The notes: generated by a model not told the origin, from the letters alone. DNA of 63,426 bases, filler included, from Octopus bimaculoides (GCF_001194135.2; 7 parts of 6 records of this genome joined end to end with filler, not necessarily neighbours in it), one strand, 5' to 3'; shown: positions 1-12,009, numbered from the whole stretch's first letter. Numbers and translations: made by a program.

Positions 1-1720
1 ATATATAGACCATCGCTACTTGAGGCTGCACTGAGAGTGGCTGGTTTCGGTCCAGTCTTCCGTGGTTGGATCGCTGCCCTATACAGCGGCATCGGCTCGG
101 TATTTCGAGTAAATGGTCATCTGTCCAGAACATTTAATATCACGCGTTCGGTTCTTCTAGGATACCCTTCTCTTCGCTTCTGTACGTATTGACTTCCGAG
201 CCATCACTGCGGAAGCTGGCGACGCTGAGTGGCATCCTGCGAGAGCTGGGATACGGGAGGAGCGTGTCTGCATACGCGTACATCGCATCCGTCATCGATT
301 ACCGTCTGACCGTTGTGCCTTGTCCTGACCCTATCATTACCAAACCGAAATACATTATCTTCCGCTTCTTATGGAAGGGAAGCGTTCCGATAATTAGGCG
401 ATCCATTTGCTGTCAACACCCGCTAAATGGAGGGCTGGGCATGCCGTGGTTAATGATGCGTAGACACGCGCTGAGACTGCGACATCTCCGGCACGTCATA
501 GACGACGGTGAATAGGTGTGGTCGCCGTATGTGCGGCGCGCTTTTCNNNNNNNNNNNNNNNNNNNNNNNNNNNNNNNNNNNNNNNNNNNNNNNNNNNNNN
601 NNNNNNNNNNNNNNNNNNNNNNNNNNNNNNNNNNNNNNNNNNNNNNNNNNNNNNNNNNNNNNNNNNNNNNNNNNNNNNNNNNNNNNNNNNNNNNNNNNNN
701 NNNNNNNNNNNNNNNNNNNNNNNNNNNNNNNNNNNNNNNNNNNNNNNNNNNNNNNNNNNNNNNNNNNNNNNNNNNNNNNNNNNNNNNNNNNNNNNNNNNN
801 NNNNNNNNNNNNNNNNNNNNNNNNNNNNNNNNNNNNNNNNNNNNNNNNNNNNNNNNNNNNNNNNNNNNNNNNNNNNNGGCAGTGCTATCGGGAAGCATTA
901 CCCGTTCAGGATAAGCTCTAAAGGCACGGTTCGAGACACACCGGACCGACTTGATCCAGATGCGGTCAGAGCGACGAAACCGTTCTGTTCGCACTGCTGA
1001 ACGGCTGCTGTCGCGAGTGAGATTAGTTCGTTTGTCAGCTGAGTCTATCATGAAAATTGCTCCGCCACCTTTCTTTAACCGGGAAGGCAAGGCAGTCTTC
1101 ATCGTACTGGTGACCATGGTGAAAGAATGTGTGTGGTGTACTCGAGCGAAAGGTTTAGAGACAAACCTCTGACCAAACGCTCCTCTCTGACCAAACGCTA
1201 CTCTCTGACCAAACGCTTCTCTCTGACCAAACGCTCCTCTCTGACCGAACGCTCCCCTCTGACCAAACGCTGCTCTCTGACCAAACGCTCATTAACTTTT
1301 TCAAGTACCACTTGAAAGGGAAGGTTAGATTAGAGAGGCAAGTGGTGTCTCATGAAGGTTTCAATAAAAGGTGGGTGGATGTAGCAAAGATGATACGTGC
1401 AAACGACGAAACCACATTGAGCATGATCCTGTAAATCGAGAAAAGAGAGAATGAGCACTCTGCTCTCATGTGTCTATTCCCTCCCTGGCTGAGGTTACCA
1501 TGGTCTTTTCCGTAGGCCTTTCTCCCCACGAATGAACCGAATCTTTCTTTTTACATTTTTAATATTTTCATTGATACATGATCCCTTTTGATCGTTTTTA
1601 ATTCATGATCACTTTTGATCGAAATTTTATTTTTCTCCTTTTTCTGTATTTTCAAAAAGAAAAGCTCTTCTTTCTATATTGTGCCGTTTGTGTCCGACCC
1701 TATGTGGCTAATAAAGAAAC
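1..1720 (+). mobile_element. 3' portion of a degenerate L1/Tx1-like non-LTR retrotransposon (ORF2 C-terminus and 3'UTR), N-gap 547-877
   Basis: Frameshifted ORF2-like peptides (LWKGSVPIIRRSICCQHPLNGGLGMP; ...INFFKYHLKGKVRLERQ...SMIL* with stop at 1432-1434). AATAAA at 1710-1715 is followed directly by a (CTAT)n tail. Clade assignment is from motif recognition. Confidence 0.75.
1167..1290 (+). repeat. 18-bp minisatellite, 7 units (ctctctgaccaaacgctN)
   Basis: gacc[a/g]aacgc recurs at 1171, 1189, 1207, 1225, 1243, 1261 and 1279. Confidence 0.95.
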
Positions 1721-1728
1721 CTATCTGA

Positions 1729-1791
<63 letters not shown>

Positions 1792-1795
1792 CATG

Positions 1796-1845
<50 letters not shown>
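1721..1845. repeat. (CTAT)n + (GT)n microsatellite
   Basis: Direct reading. Confidence 0.95.
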
Positions 1846-1846
<1 letters not shown>

Positions 1847-1849
1847 CTC

Positions 1850-2060
1850 CTATACCCTTATCAGAAGGGTAGACATGATGGGTATGTTGGGCTTCGAATG
1901 TTTCATCCCAGTGTCACTTTGATGGAATGCTCTTCTCTCTCACTCGATAATAATAATCCTTTCTACTATAGGCCTATGGCCTGGATTTTGTGGAGAGTGG
2001 TCAGTCAATCACACCGACCCCACTACATAACTGGAACCCCGTAAGGATAACAAGCGGAAT
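1850..2060. mobile_element. Interspersed repeat fragment (related copy at about 15125-15300)
   Basis: Shares gggtagacatgatgggt...ataataataatcctttct..ctataggcc..gcctggattttgtgg with 15138-15270. Confidence 0.6.
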
Positions 2061-2149
2061 CAGAATATGAGGTCTTCACTTTTGCCATTTCAGCGGTTGC
2101 TTGTTCAGCCCAGAACTGTAAATGTCTAGCAATCTACAGTCAATAAATT

Positions 2150-2757
2150 TTTGGAAGGCCTGTTGTACAGCATCGTCGGAATTACATTTTTTTCCTAGCA
2201 AAAAGTTATACAAATTCTGGAATAATTAGTAGTCAGTGGGGGCGAAGATCAGGTGAGTATGGTGAATGATGTAGAACTTTTAACTCCAAATCCTGTGGTT
2301 TCGCCAGTGTCATTTTTGCGATGCGTAGTCTGGCGTTGTCTTGCAATAAAATAGGAATGAATCTGTTGACTAATCTAGGCTGTTTTTTTTTTGTAAGGTT
2401 CAGCATCATTAGGTCTGGTTGTCTGAAGTATACTTCAGCCGTGTTTGATGAGCCAGGTTGAATGAAATCATAATGGATCACACCTGCGCCAGACCACCAA
2501 ACACACACCATCAGCTTCTTTTGATGAATTTTGCTTTTTCGACTGTGTTTTGATCGCTCGTATTTGTTCAACCATTGTGCTGAAGGTTTATGGTTGTTTT
2601 ATTGGATCCATTTCTCATCACATGTTATAATTCAATTAAAAAATGATTCATTTTGTGACGAGATAGTTGTATAATACAGGCTTCCAAACGTAGCTGTTTC
2701 TGATTTTCATTGAGTTCATGTGGGACACAGTTATCCAAAATTTTCAGTTTACCAATT
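2150..2757 (-). mobile_element. Mariner transposase remnant
   Basis: Minus-strand CVPHEL (WVPHEL), KLMVCVWWS, LLQDNAR and HSPYSPDL motifs. Same family as the copy at 26715-27370. Confidence 0.9.
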
Positions 2758-2759
2758 AA

Positions 2760-4270
2760 AGAGTTTACCTTCCATGTAGAATTTGACTTACGAAAGATTT
2801 GCTTATTTTGTCTGCAAAAACAGTTTGAGTCTTTGGACTAAACTTTTATTATGTTCTAGATGTGTTTCATAAGATTCTTTGGTGCTTATCTATGTTCCTA
2901 AATTTGCATGTTATCAAATAACATCTGAAATTCTGAATTCATTAGTTAATAGGTAGCATGCAAATTATGGCGTTATTCCTTATCATACTGAGAGAAAATA
3001 ATCTGTAAAATGTGGTATTTGAGAGTTTTCATAGGTTTTTAACCCTCTTGAAGTACTGTTATCGCAACACGTTAAGCAATTTGGAAACGATTTGTCGTGT
3101 ATTTCTTTGATTCTTGTCTCAGTTCGTTCATATCAAGAGTGAATATATGCTGTGTCGTACTGGCGAGGTAATAACTTTAAATTTATACCTGGATTAAATG
3201 AGACGGTCTTCATATGCCTCTTTCATAGTCACAGAGACGCAGTCAAACTGTATAAGCGGTGATAGTTTAAATCAAAAGTACTCTTCTTTCTATCGTGCAG
3301 TAGGAAAACTGCTTCACTAAATTTAACTGCATATGTTTAGGGTTAAGTGCATTTATTCGTGTTCAGCTATCCATGTAGTCAGTGAGTGGAGGTTTGCAGT
3401 TTTTATTGAGGCCAGAGAATGAAAATATGAACATAAGAAAGGACACGTTATGTATTGAAATACATTTTTTATTGATACTAGAATCCAATTTTTTACAATA
3501 AAATAAATATATAATACAAATTAAGATATGTTTTGCATTATGGAAAAGCAACTGAGAAATATGTTTAAACACTTTTACAATCATTCTATGGTTGATAAAT
3601 ATAATTCTAAATATATACACAGAAAAAAATAAATAAGATATTAAAAAGTATATTATTTTTTGATTTACAGTGACATATACATAAATATGTGTGTGTGAGC
3701 ATCTGTGCGCCTGCAAATACACATACACACAAACAGACACTGATTTCTACATCCGCTCACACACATATATGAAATTATGTTAAAATATATACAAAAATAT
3801 ATATATGTATATAATGTGTTTCAGATTTATATAACGGTAAAAATTAAATATTTATATAAATATTACATAAATGGTATTATTAGTGAGAATGTACTGGTGT
3901 ACTAAGCACCAGTGTTAGTAACTATATGATATGGATATGGATTCTGAGATTCTTGCGGCTTTCAGTAATCTCCCCTTACCGAATCGTCTATCAATTCACG
4001 ACGTGATCATCACTTACAAGGTAATGTCATGTCAAATTTTCGTGGACGCTAGCTTCTCTGTTTGAATTAATTTGTGAATATAAAAGTGTTTTGTATAAGG
4101 ATGAGCCATGATTTGAACGAAAACATGTAAGTATAAATCGTTGCATAGTGAAATTGATACGTGAAGAAAGTTGTGAAACGGCTGTAATCCTACGAAAGAC
4201 AAGAGTAAAATATAATATATATTCATCTGTGAAGCCTCCTAACTTTATACATTCCTCTCTATCTCTCTCT
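2760..4270. repeat. Non-coding block downstream of IL17, copy 1 (duplicated at 19312-20290)
   Basis: Long colinear similarity, e.g. aaacttttattatgttctagatgtgtttcataagattcttt and gtgaaattgatacgtgaagaaagttgtgaaacggctgtaatcctacgaaag in both copies. Copy 1 carries about 430 extra bp (about 3500-3935). Confidence 0.9.
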
Positions 4271-4296
4271 TTCTGTCTTTCTGTATGTACGTATTC

Positions 4297-4324
<28 letters not shown>

Positions 4325-4334
<10 letters not shown>

Positions 4335-4510
4335 GTCATCATAGTTCGCTAGCCATTACACTTTATTTCCTCTCATTGTTTCTTTCTGTGTTCCTTTCTG
4401 TGGAAGAGCGTAGGCTCGAAACGTTGAAGACTTTTTCAGTTCCCGAGCGTTAAACTAATACACCTGTTTGTTGTCTATACCACCTGCCTTCATCTTTTTT
4501 TTTTGTGAAT
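4325..4510 (+). mobile_element. Short interspersed repeat with hammerhead-like core (second copy on minus strand about 39075-39270)
   Basis: ctgtgga-a-GAGC-gtag-GCTC-gaaacgtt at about 4397-4424. The reverse copy reads gtttcgaacctgtgctcttcaacag near 39177-39201. Confidence 0.55.
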
Positions 4511-5060
4511 TGTCCCTGTATATGTATTACATGTACACGGATTTACAAAAAAAAAAAAAAAAAAACCAAGTCAGGCACGCACTTCTTCACATTTATGAAC
4601 TTAACATTTTTGAAAATTCTGTCTACACCCTTGAAATGTTACTCAAATGGAATGACGTGTTGTTCATTATTACAATTACGTTTCGTAGTTATGTTTTCAT
4701 ATATTGAACAGAATACCAGCAAAATAGGATACCATATGGCTTTGAATGTGTCTGCATGGATGGTTCTTATAAAGATCGGAGTATTTAATGCTAGGAACTT
4801 GTAACGTATATGTAAATGCATTCATTACCATTTATCGGTTTCAAATATTTATATAAAAAGAAGCTTCATATAAGTTTAGGTAAAAAAAAAGGAAATTTTA
4901 ATGATGAGTTAAATATGTTAGTAAGTAAGATAAGAGTTCCCTTCAGTGTTAACAAAATAGAAATAAAAAAAACAAATTTATTTGCAAGAAATATGTCTGA
5001 ACCATATTGAGGAAACAAAACTGGTTTTTGCACATATATGTACGTACGTACGTATGTATG

Positions 5061-5094
<34 letters not shown>

Positions 5095-5545
5095 TGTATG
5101 TATGTATGTATGTATGTGTGTATGTGTGTATGTATGTATTTACAAATATATACTTATATACGTAAAAATATATGCGTATTTAAATACACATATTTATTTA
5201 TATTTGTATGATATGTGTGTGTGTATGTGTGTATTTGAGTGTGTGTGTGTGAGAGTTTGTGTTTGTATTTATGTGAGTCTGTGTGTGTGTGTTTGTGAGT
5301 CTGTGTGTGTGTGTTTGTGAGTCTCTGTGTGTGTGTTTGTGTGTATGTATACAAATAAAGAGAGATAGAAAGAGATAGAGAGAAAGATAGAAATAGCGTG
5401 AGAGCACGCATTTATAATTTTGTTTGTACGCATGTTTCGTATGTGTTTCTTATAACAACCACACAGTGGTTTACTGAAACTTTCATAACATTATGAAAAA
5501 CTTTTGTGTTACACACAATTGAATGTTTGATGATTTTGGCCGATA

Positions 5546-6076
5546 TTATGACTCATATTCGTCGTCATTTCCTCCGGATATTACATCGATTTTCCGTGCG
5601 CATACACAGGCTGTGGCTACATGGATGACACTTGGTTGATAAACGTACAGTCCATCAACACATGTAGCTGTACGTTTCAGGACACTCATTGGAGTATATA
5701 CCATCACACATTGATGGTTACTGTCAGAGTCCAGACAGTCTATACAGCGACACACGACTTCAGTGCGGGATGAAGGAAAATATGTCGAATTGTGGGTAAT
5801 TTTCAGGTACCATGGGCAGGTTGAACGTTCGCGGATGATATCAGTAGATACAGAAGATGTTGGGCAAGTTTTATCCCCTTCGGTCAGTTCTTGTTGGTCA
5901 CTTCCTCCTGGAGCTATTTCAGCTGGTAGAAAAAAGTTATTGCCGATCGATGCACTGGATAGTTTCTCGTATTGGACTTTCAAGTCTTTTGGTATTTTAC
6001 ATTGAGTCCGAATTGACGCCGAAGATATGAACAATACGACGTTGGTGAGGAGGAAGATTGCAACCTGGAGGAGAAC
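5546..6076 (-). CDS. IL17: Interleukin-17-like cytokine, exon 2 (rest of signal peptide plus IL-17 cystine-knot domain; full protein 181 aa)
   Basis: Acceptor cacgcag| at 6077-6079, phase 0. Reads VLLQVAIFLLTNVVLFISSA...RSTCPWY...FP...CRCIDC...QC...VLKR...C...Y...VATACVCA, the IL-17 family pattern with 10 Cys. Stop TAA at 5546-5548. Confidence 0.93.
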   Translation of the reverse strand, partial: VLLQVAIFLLTNVVLFISSASIRTQCKIPKDLKVQYEKLSSASIGNNFFLPAEIAPGGSDQQELTEGDKTCPTSSVSTDIIRERSTCPWYLKITHNSTYFPSSRTEVVCRCIDCLDSDSNHQCVMVYTPMSVLKRTATCVDGLYVYQPSVIHVATACVCARKIDVISGGNDDEYES

Positions 6077-6699
6077 CTGCGTGATATAAAATGTTTATGT
6101 TAAGATGAATAATTGCATTTCAATATGACACAAAGCTAAATGAATGAACGAAATCAAGATTAATAAATTACATCTATAGCACACATACACAAAGACGCAA
6201 AGACTCACATACTTATACAGAAAGGAACACACTTTTACACACACACACACACAACAACACGCACACACACACAAACACAAATACACATATATGTATTCAC
6301 ACGTGTTTATGAAATATTAGATGAAACTCGTTGCAGTGTGTGGATCGAATGTAAACTACGCATGTGTAATTTGTAAGAGGAAACAAATGAACGAAATACT
6401 TTCTGCAAGGGTTGAATCAGCAGTTGATATCTGTGTCTGAAGCAGAAATGTTAGAAATATGAAGTATAACCTGATACTTGTATGATTTCCTCAGTAAACA
6501 ACTAAATTTGACAAACTGTTTATGTCTAAGTGCAAGAGGTCTAATATGAAATACAGTAAATAGCAATTGAACAGTTGTGGAGAATATTTACAATAAACTA
6601 TTATGTTAACGTGTTATTTTCTGAATATCAACATCGATGTAAAGGTATACGATATCAACCACGGGGATATTTCAATTTGTGAGATATCTGATGGTCAGA

Positions 6700-6900
6700 G
6701 GAACAGCAGAGATGACAAAAAAACCTCAAGCATCGGGCTCACCATCACAAGGTCGGAAGTTTGATTTCCGGTCCCGGTTGTCTGTTGTGTTCTTGAGCAA
6801 AACACAGTATTTGATGTTGCTCCAGTTCCCTCAGCTGTAGAAAGGAGGTACGATGTCTCTGATGCCAAGAGGTGTCGGCATTTGCCTTTCGCTTTTAAAC
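6700..6900 (+). mobile_element. Degenerate tRNA-derived SINE with CORE/Nin-like central domain in the IL17 intron (similar element about 35640-35940)
   Basis: B-box-like gtttgatttcc followed by tgtgttcttgagcaaaacac...ctcag.tgta in both copies. Confidence 0.5.
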
Positions 6901-7448
6901 TATCGATGGCATGGTGAGGAGAAGCTGGTATGCAGTGAAAGGATTTCTACTTCGGTGAAGATCTTTCTCGGAAAAATCCCATGGACACTGAGGACGAAAG
7001 GGGTTCTTTACTTTAACCAATATATAACTAAATAGATAGAAAAATGAATACACACATTATGCGCTTCATATCCTTCTGTTTTAAGGTTCTTTAAAGCATT
7101 CGCACAAATTCAACTTTAACACCTGCTAAATTTGCTCTCTCACATACTCAACTGCAATTTTAAATAAATTAGAAGTGGGAACAAAAAATAACATGTGAAT
7201 AATAAATGTACAAAAATATACAAGGCCACTTATATTTGTGTGTATGAAAGCAAAGAATTAGATCGATGTACTAAAGCCTTGAAAATACGTCACAGATGTA
7301 TAATAACAATCAGGGTAAGGTACATCTGAAAATCATTTACTCGTTTGAACAATGGTACATTTTACCATGAATGAGACGAGAGTAAGCCTAGAAATGAGAC
7401 TGAAGATATAAACATAGCAGATAATATTAACAATGTATGTTTACTTAC

Positions 7449-7463
7449 GTTGGTGGTATTCAT
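7449..7463 (-). CDS. IL17: IL-17-like exon 1 (MNTTN)
   Basis: ATG AAT ACC ACC AAC|gtaagt is a consensus donor in phase 0, matching exon 2. The join gives a normal signal peptide. Confidence 0.8.
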
Positions 7464-7600
7464 TATAATGGTCGGTCACTTGGAATCGAAAGAATGACAA
7501 TATTATTATTATATGTGTATATATTATCAAAGAAAGCTTGTGCCTGTTAGCTCTTTAAAATAATATTAGCTTGTGATGATAGCAGCTAATCTGAGATTAC

Positions 7601-7632
7601 TTATATATAATATTTGACGCAGTGGAATTACC
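7601..7632 (-). promoter_or_regulatory. Putative IL17 core promoter: TATA box with adjacent AP-1/CRE-like and kB-like sites
   Basis: Minus-strand TTATATATAAG around 7600-7610, TGACGCA at 7615-7621 and GGTAATTCCA at 7623-7632, about 140-170 bp upstream of the ATG. Confidence 0.45.
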
Positions 7633-8342
7633 ATATGTCGTAAATCTTACAGGTGGAACTAACTAAAAATACAGAAATTTTTTTTCCAGTAAAGTGAAGG
7701 ATTTTCTATTAAGTTAAATTAATCGTGACTTGCATAACTTGGGGAATGTCTGAAGTCAACAGGACATAGCTTTATAATGTTTCCTCTTTTACCTGTTAAT
7801 CGGATGTCGGACGGCGTGAGTTGTCTTATTACAGAGGAACTAAGTAAAATATTGTGTCGTGTAGTTTTCCGTTCTATTTTTAATATACTTTATTTCTCTT
7901 GCCTATTTTATGAATGAATGAATGAATGAATAAATGAATGAATCAATCTATCAATCTATCAATCATTAATCTCTCTCTCACTCTCTCTCTCTCTCTCTCT
8001 CTTTATATATATATATATATATATNNNNNNNNNNNNNNNNNNNNNNNNNNNNNNNNNNNNNNNNNNNNNNNNNNNNNNNNNNNNNNNNNNNNNNNNNNNN
8101 NNNNNNNNNNNNNNNNNNNNNNNNNNNNNNNNNNNNNNNNNNNNNNNNNNNNNNNNNNNNNNNNNNNNNNNNNNNNNNNNNNNNNNNNNNNNNNNNNNNN
8201 NNNNNNNNNNNNNNNNNNNNNNNNNNNNNNNNNNNNNNNNNNNNNNNNNNNNNNNNNNNNNNNNNNNNNNNNNNNNNNNNNNNNNNNNNNNNNNNNNNNN
8301 NNNNNNNNNNNNNNNNNNNNNNNNNNNNNNNNNNNNNNNNNN

Positions 8343-9380
8343 AAATGCAACATAAACGTTAAATAATATTGAGATCTGGGGACTGTGGTGGTCAGATAAG
8401 ATGTTCAACTTCACTAGAATGTTCCTCATGCCATTCAGTAACAACTTTACCTGTGTGAATTGGTGCATTATCATCCTGAAAAAATTGTGTTTCATTCCGG
8501 AAACAGTTCCTCAACCATATGATGGATTTGATCTGATAAAATGCTTAAATAATCTTGACTATTAATTTCTCCATGAATGGAAACTATTGGGCCGGCGGAT
8601 TTCGAAGATACAGCCCCTCCCCCAGATTATCACAGATCCTCCTCTATATTTAACATTTGGAAGAAGGCAGTTTGGGTCAAATGCTTCTTTTGGCTGTCTC
8701 CACACATATACTCGTCCGGTGGTCGGAAATTATGTAAAGGATGACTCGTCCAGTAAATAACATTCTGCCACTGTTCTACAGATCAATTCTGTAGGTTTTT
8801 ACTCCATTCTATACGCTTTGCAACGTTTGTTTTTGAAAGTAGTGGTTTTCTAATTGCAGCCCTCCCGTAAAATCCAGCTTTGTACAGCTCCCGGCGAACC
8901 GTTTTGGTGGAACCTGGGTTCTCGAGGTAGTTACTATGTTCTGCAGTAATTTTGGAAGCTGAACTTTTGTGATCCTTTCTAACAATTTGCGTTAGTGTCC
9001 AACGGTCCCTATCTCAAAGTTTTGGTTTTCTTCCGGGGTTTTATTTCGACGAGGAGGCTTTCCCTCTTTCTCAAACGCTGTAATTTCTTTCGAGACTGTA
9101 CTTCTTCATACACCAAACATTTTGGCTGTTTTCGTTACGTTAGCGGCTTCCATACGAGCGCCAACAATTTGACCTCTTTGAATGTCCGATAGATCTGTCA
9201 TTTTAATGAATTTTAATTACGTTTTTCTGATTGATAACTGAAAAGAAACAGCAATTTTAGCAAAACCTATTAAGCAACACTAATAATAAATAAAAAAGTA
9301 AACAAGGTTTTGACGGTTTTATAGATATTTCAAAATTATGATGCTATGATGATCTGTGCTTCCATCATTTTGTCCAACCC

Positions 9381-9383
<3 letters not shown>
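8343..9383 (-). mobile_element. Tc1-like DNA transposon remnant (3' end lost in the N-gap)
   Basis: Degenerate DDE peptides (MMHQFTQ..., SDHHSPQIS; SDES-like region). The TIR-like end GGGTTGGACAAAATGATGGAAGCAC abuts an (ATCT)n tract. Confidence 0.75.
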
Positions 9384-9438
<55 letters not shown>

Positions 9439-9665
9439 ATGGGCGGGGTGTCTGTGTAGGTAGTCTCGAAATTGACAAAGGTCACTAAACAGCACCGGTA
9501 TTGCTAGAGATAAGCGTCCAAACAACTCAATAGCCACGGACGGACAATGGTGGGAAACACAAATATCCAGTTTCGTTAATGGCATGAAACTCGGTGTTAG
9601 TATTTTTGATCCATAACTGAGGAAGGAATAGTGTCCTTGTGTCTGTCCTACGTGCACGTTTTGTA

Positions 9666-9701
<36 letters not shown>

Positions 9702-10413
9702 TCCTTTACTCTTTTACTTGTTTCAGTCATTTGACTGCGGCCATGCTGGAGCACCGCCTTTAGTCGAGCAAATCGACCCCAGGNNNNNNNNNNNNNNNNN
9801 NNNNNNNNNNNNNNNNNNNNNNNNNNNNNNNNNNNNNNNNNNNNNNNNNNNNNNNNNNNNNNNNNNNNNNNNNNNNNNNNNNNNNNNNNNNNNNNNNNNN
9901 NNNNNNNNNNNNNNNNNNNNNNNNNNNNNNNNNNNNNNNNNNNNNNNNNNNNNNNNNNNNNNNNNNNNNNNNNNNNNNNNNNNNNNNNNNNNNNNNNNNN
10001 NNNNNNNNNNNNNNNNNNNNNNNNNNNNNNNNNNNNNNNNNNNNNNNNNNNNNNNNNNNNNNNNNNNNNNNNNNNNNNNNNNNNNNNNNNNNNNNNNNNN
10101 NNNNNNNNNNNNNNNNNNNNNNNNNNNNNNNNNNNNNNNNNNNNNNNNNNNNNNNNNNNNNNNNNNNNNNNNNNNNNNNNNNNNNNNNNNNNNNNNNNNN
10201 NNNNNNNNNNNNNNNNNNNNNNNNNNNNNNNNNNNNNNNNNNNNNNNNNNNNNNNNNNNNNNNNNNNNNNNNNNNNNNNNNNNNNNNNNNNNNNNNNNNN
10301 NNNNNNNNNNNNNNNNNNNNNNNNNNNNNNNNNNNNNNNNNNNNNNNNNNNNNNNNNNNNNNNNNNNNNNNNNNNNNNNNNNNNNNNNNNNNNNNNNNNN
10401 NNNNNNNNNNNNN

Positions 10414-10468
<55 letters not shown>

Positions 10469-11149
10469 TAGGTAGATATATTTATATATACATATATCAT
10501 ATGTATATAGATTTTTATACATGTATGCATATATGTGTATATACATATACATACATACACATACATATATACATGCATACATACATGCATATATACATAC
10601 ATACATACATATATATATATGTATATATATATATATATGTATGTATGTATGTATGTATATGTATGTATGTATATATGCATGTATGTATGCATGTATATAT
10701 GTATGTGTGAGTGTGTGTGTGTAGATAGATAGAACGATAGATAGATAGATAGATTGATAGATATCTGTAGTAGAAAATATAAACTGCATAGTGTATTAAA
10801 AATAGAACGAGCGAGTACATAGGTCAACATAGTTTACATTCAACTTCCTGCTTACTAAGACTACTACATTTGCACTGTAGTCCTTACCACACACGCTTTG
10901 TGTAACCGGGTAAGTAAACAAACAATACAAGAAAGTATAATATTTGCTGTTGTTACTTTAACCGCTCTTCTCTTTATATATAATAATCTACCATTCGTCT
11001 GATAAATGTTAAATTCCCAACGAATTCATTTTCTTTACTAGAAGAATATTTTCTGCTGAATTTTAAAATTCTATGAGGTAAGTTTTATGTCACATGGTGA
11101 TCTCGCTATGTCAAATTTTCCTTGGTTAACTCATCACAGTCTTAATTAC

Positions 11150-11400
11150 AGTGACGTATTGACAGACGAAGGCAGCATCTTAAGAATATCACGTATTCGT
11201 TGTGATATGAAAGGTGTCGTATGTCATGAAGTGCTTAACCACAACGAAACAATTAATGCGGAGACGTATAGATTGTGATTTTGCTATCATTAATGAAGGG
11301 ATCAGATTTTATGTATTAATTAAATTTATTCAAATGGAAGAAGGATCTTCTACATTTCCCTCTTGATATACCATAGGAAATTCCAGCCAAGAAAGCGCAA
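11150..11400 (+). mobile_element. Mariner transposase fragment
   Basis: CDMKGVVCHEVLNHNETINAETY resembles the mariner WD.KGVVY.ELL...TINAE.Y motif. Confidence 0.6.
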
Positions 11401-11478
11401 TCCGAACAATGCGATATTAATATTGAAAGACGATACTTCCGTCTTTATGAAGGCAAAGACACCCGAAGTAAGTTGGTA

Positions 11479-11509
<31 letters not shown>

Positions 11510-11614
11510 CATACATATGTTCTGAAAGTCTTAATGCATTTCCTGTATTAATGTATGCCATAAATACAAGATAATTATTTAATCTTTGTTTCTTCTTTAA
11601 ATTATATTGTTTAC

Positions 11615-11658
<44 letters not shown>

Positions 11659-11659
11659 C

Positions 11660-11709
<50 letters not shown>

Positions 11710-12009
11710 GTATATATACATATATATGTGTGTGTGTGTGTGTGCGTGTGTGTGTGTGTGTGTAATAGAAATATGTTTCACAAAGAAAATAGAAACTCCA
11801 CATAGAAAAGGGGTGGGGAAAGTAAGAAGAAAAAAAGGCGAAAATGCACATTGGATATCAAAACGAAAAGTAACGATAAATATATAGTTAGATGAACTGA
11901 GGTAGTAAAATCGTAAATTAGGGATCCAAGGTAGTATTTAAAAACCAACATAAAAACCTTTTGCTTTCACTGCATTTATTACAAGAAAGAGCTAGGTTTC
12001 TTTGTCTTA

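Noticed and set aside
1167-1290. CRISPR-like appearance of the 18-bp array (and the 21-bp array at 61198-61312)
   Set aside because: Head-to-tail tandem units without unique spacers, no cas genes, and a eukaryotic context.
5546-6034. 162-aa ORF as the complete IL17 CDS
   Set aside because: It starts at an internal TTG and lacks most of the signal peptide. The spliced model is better supported.
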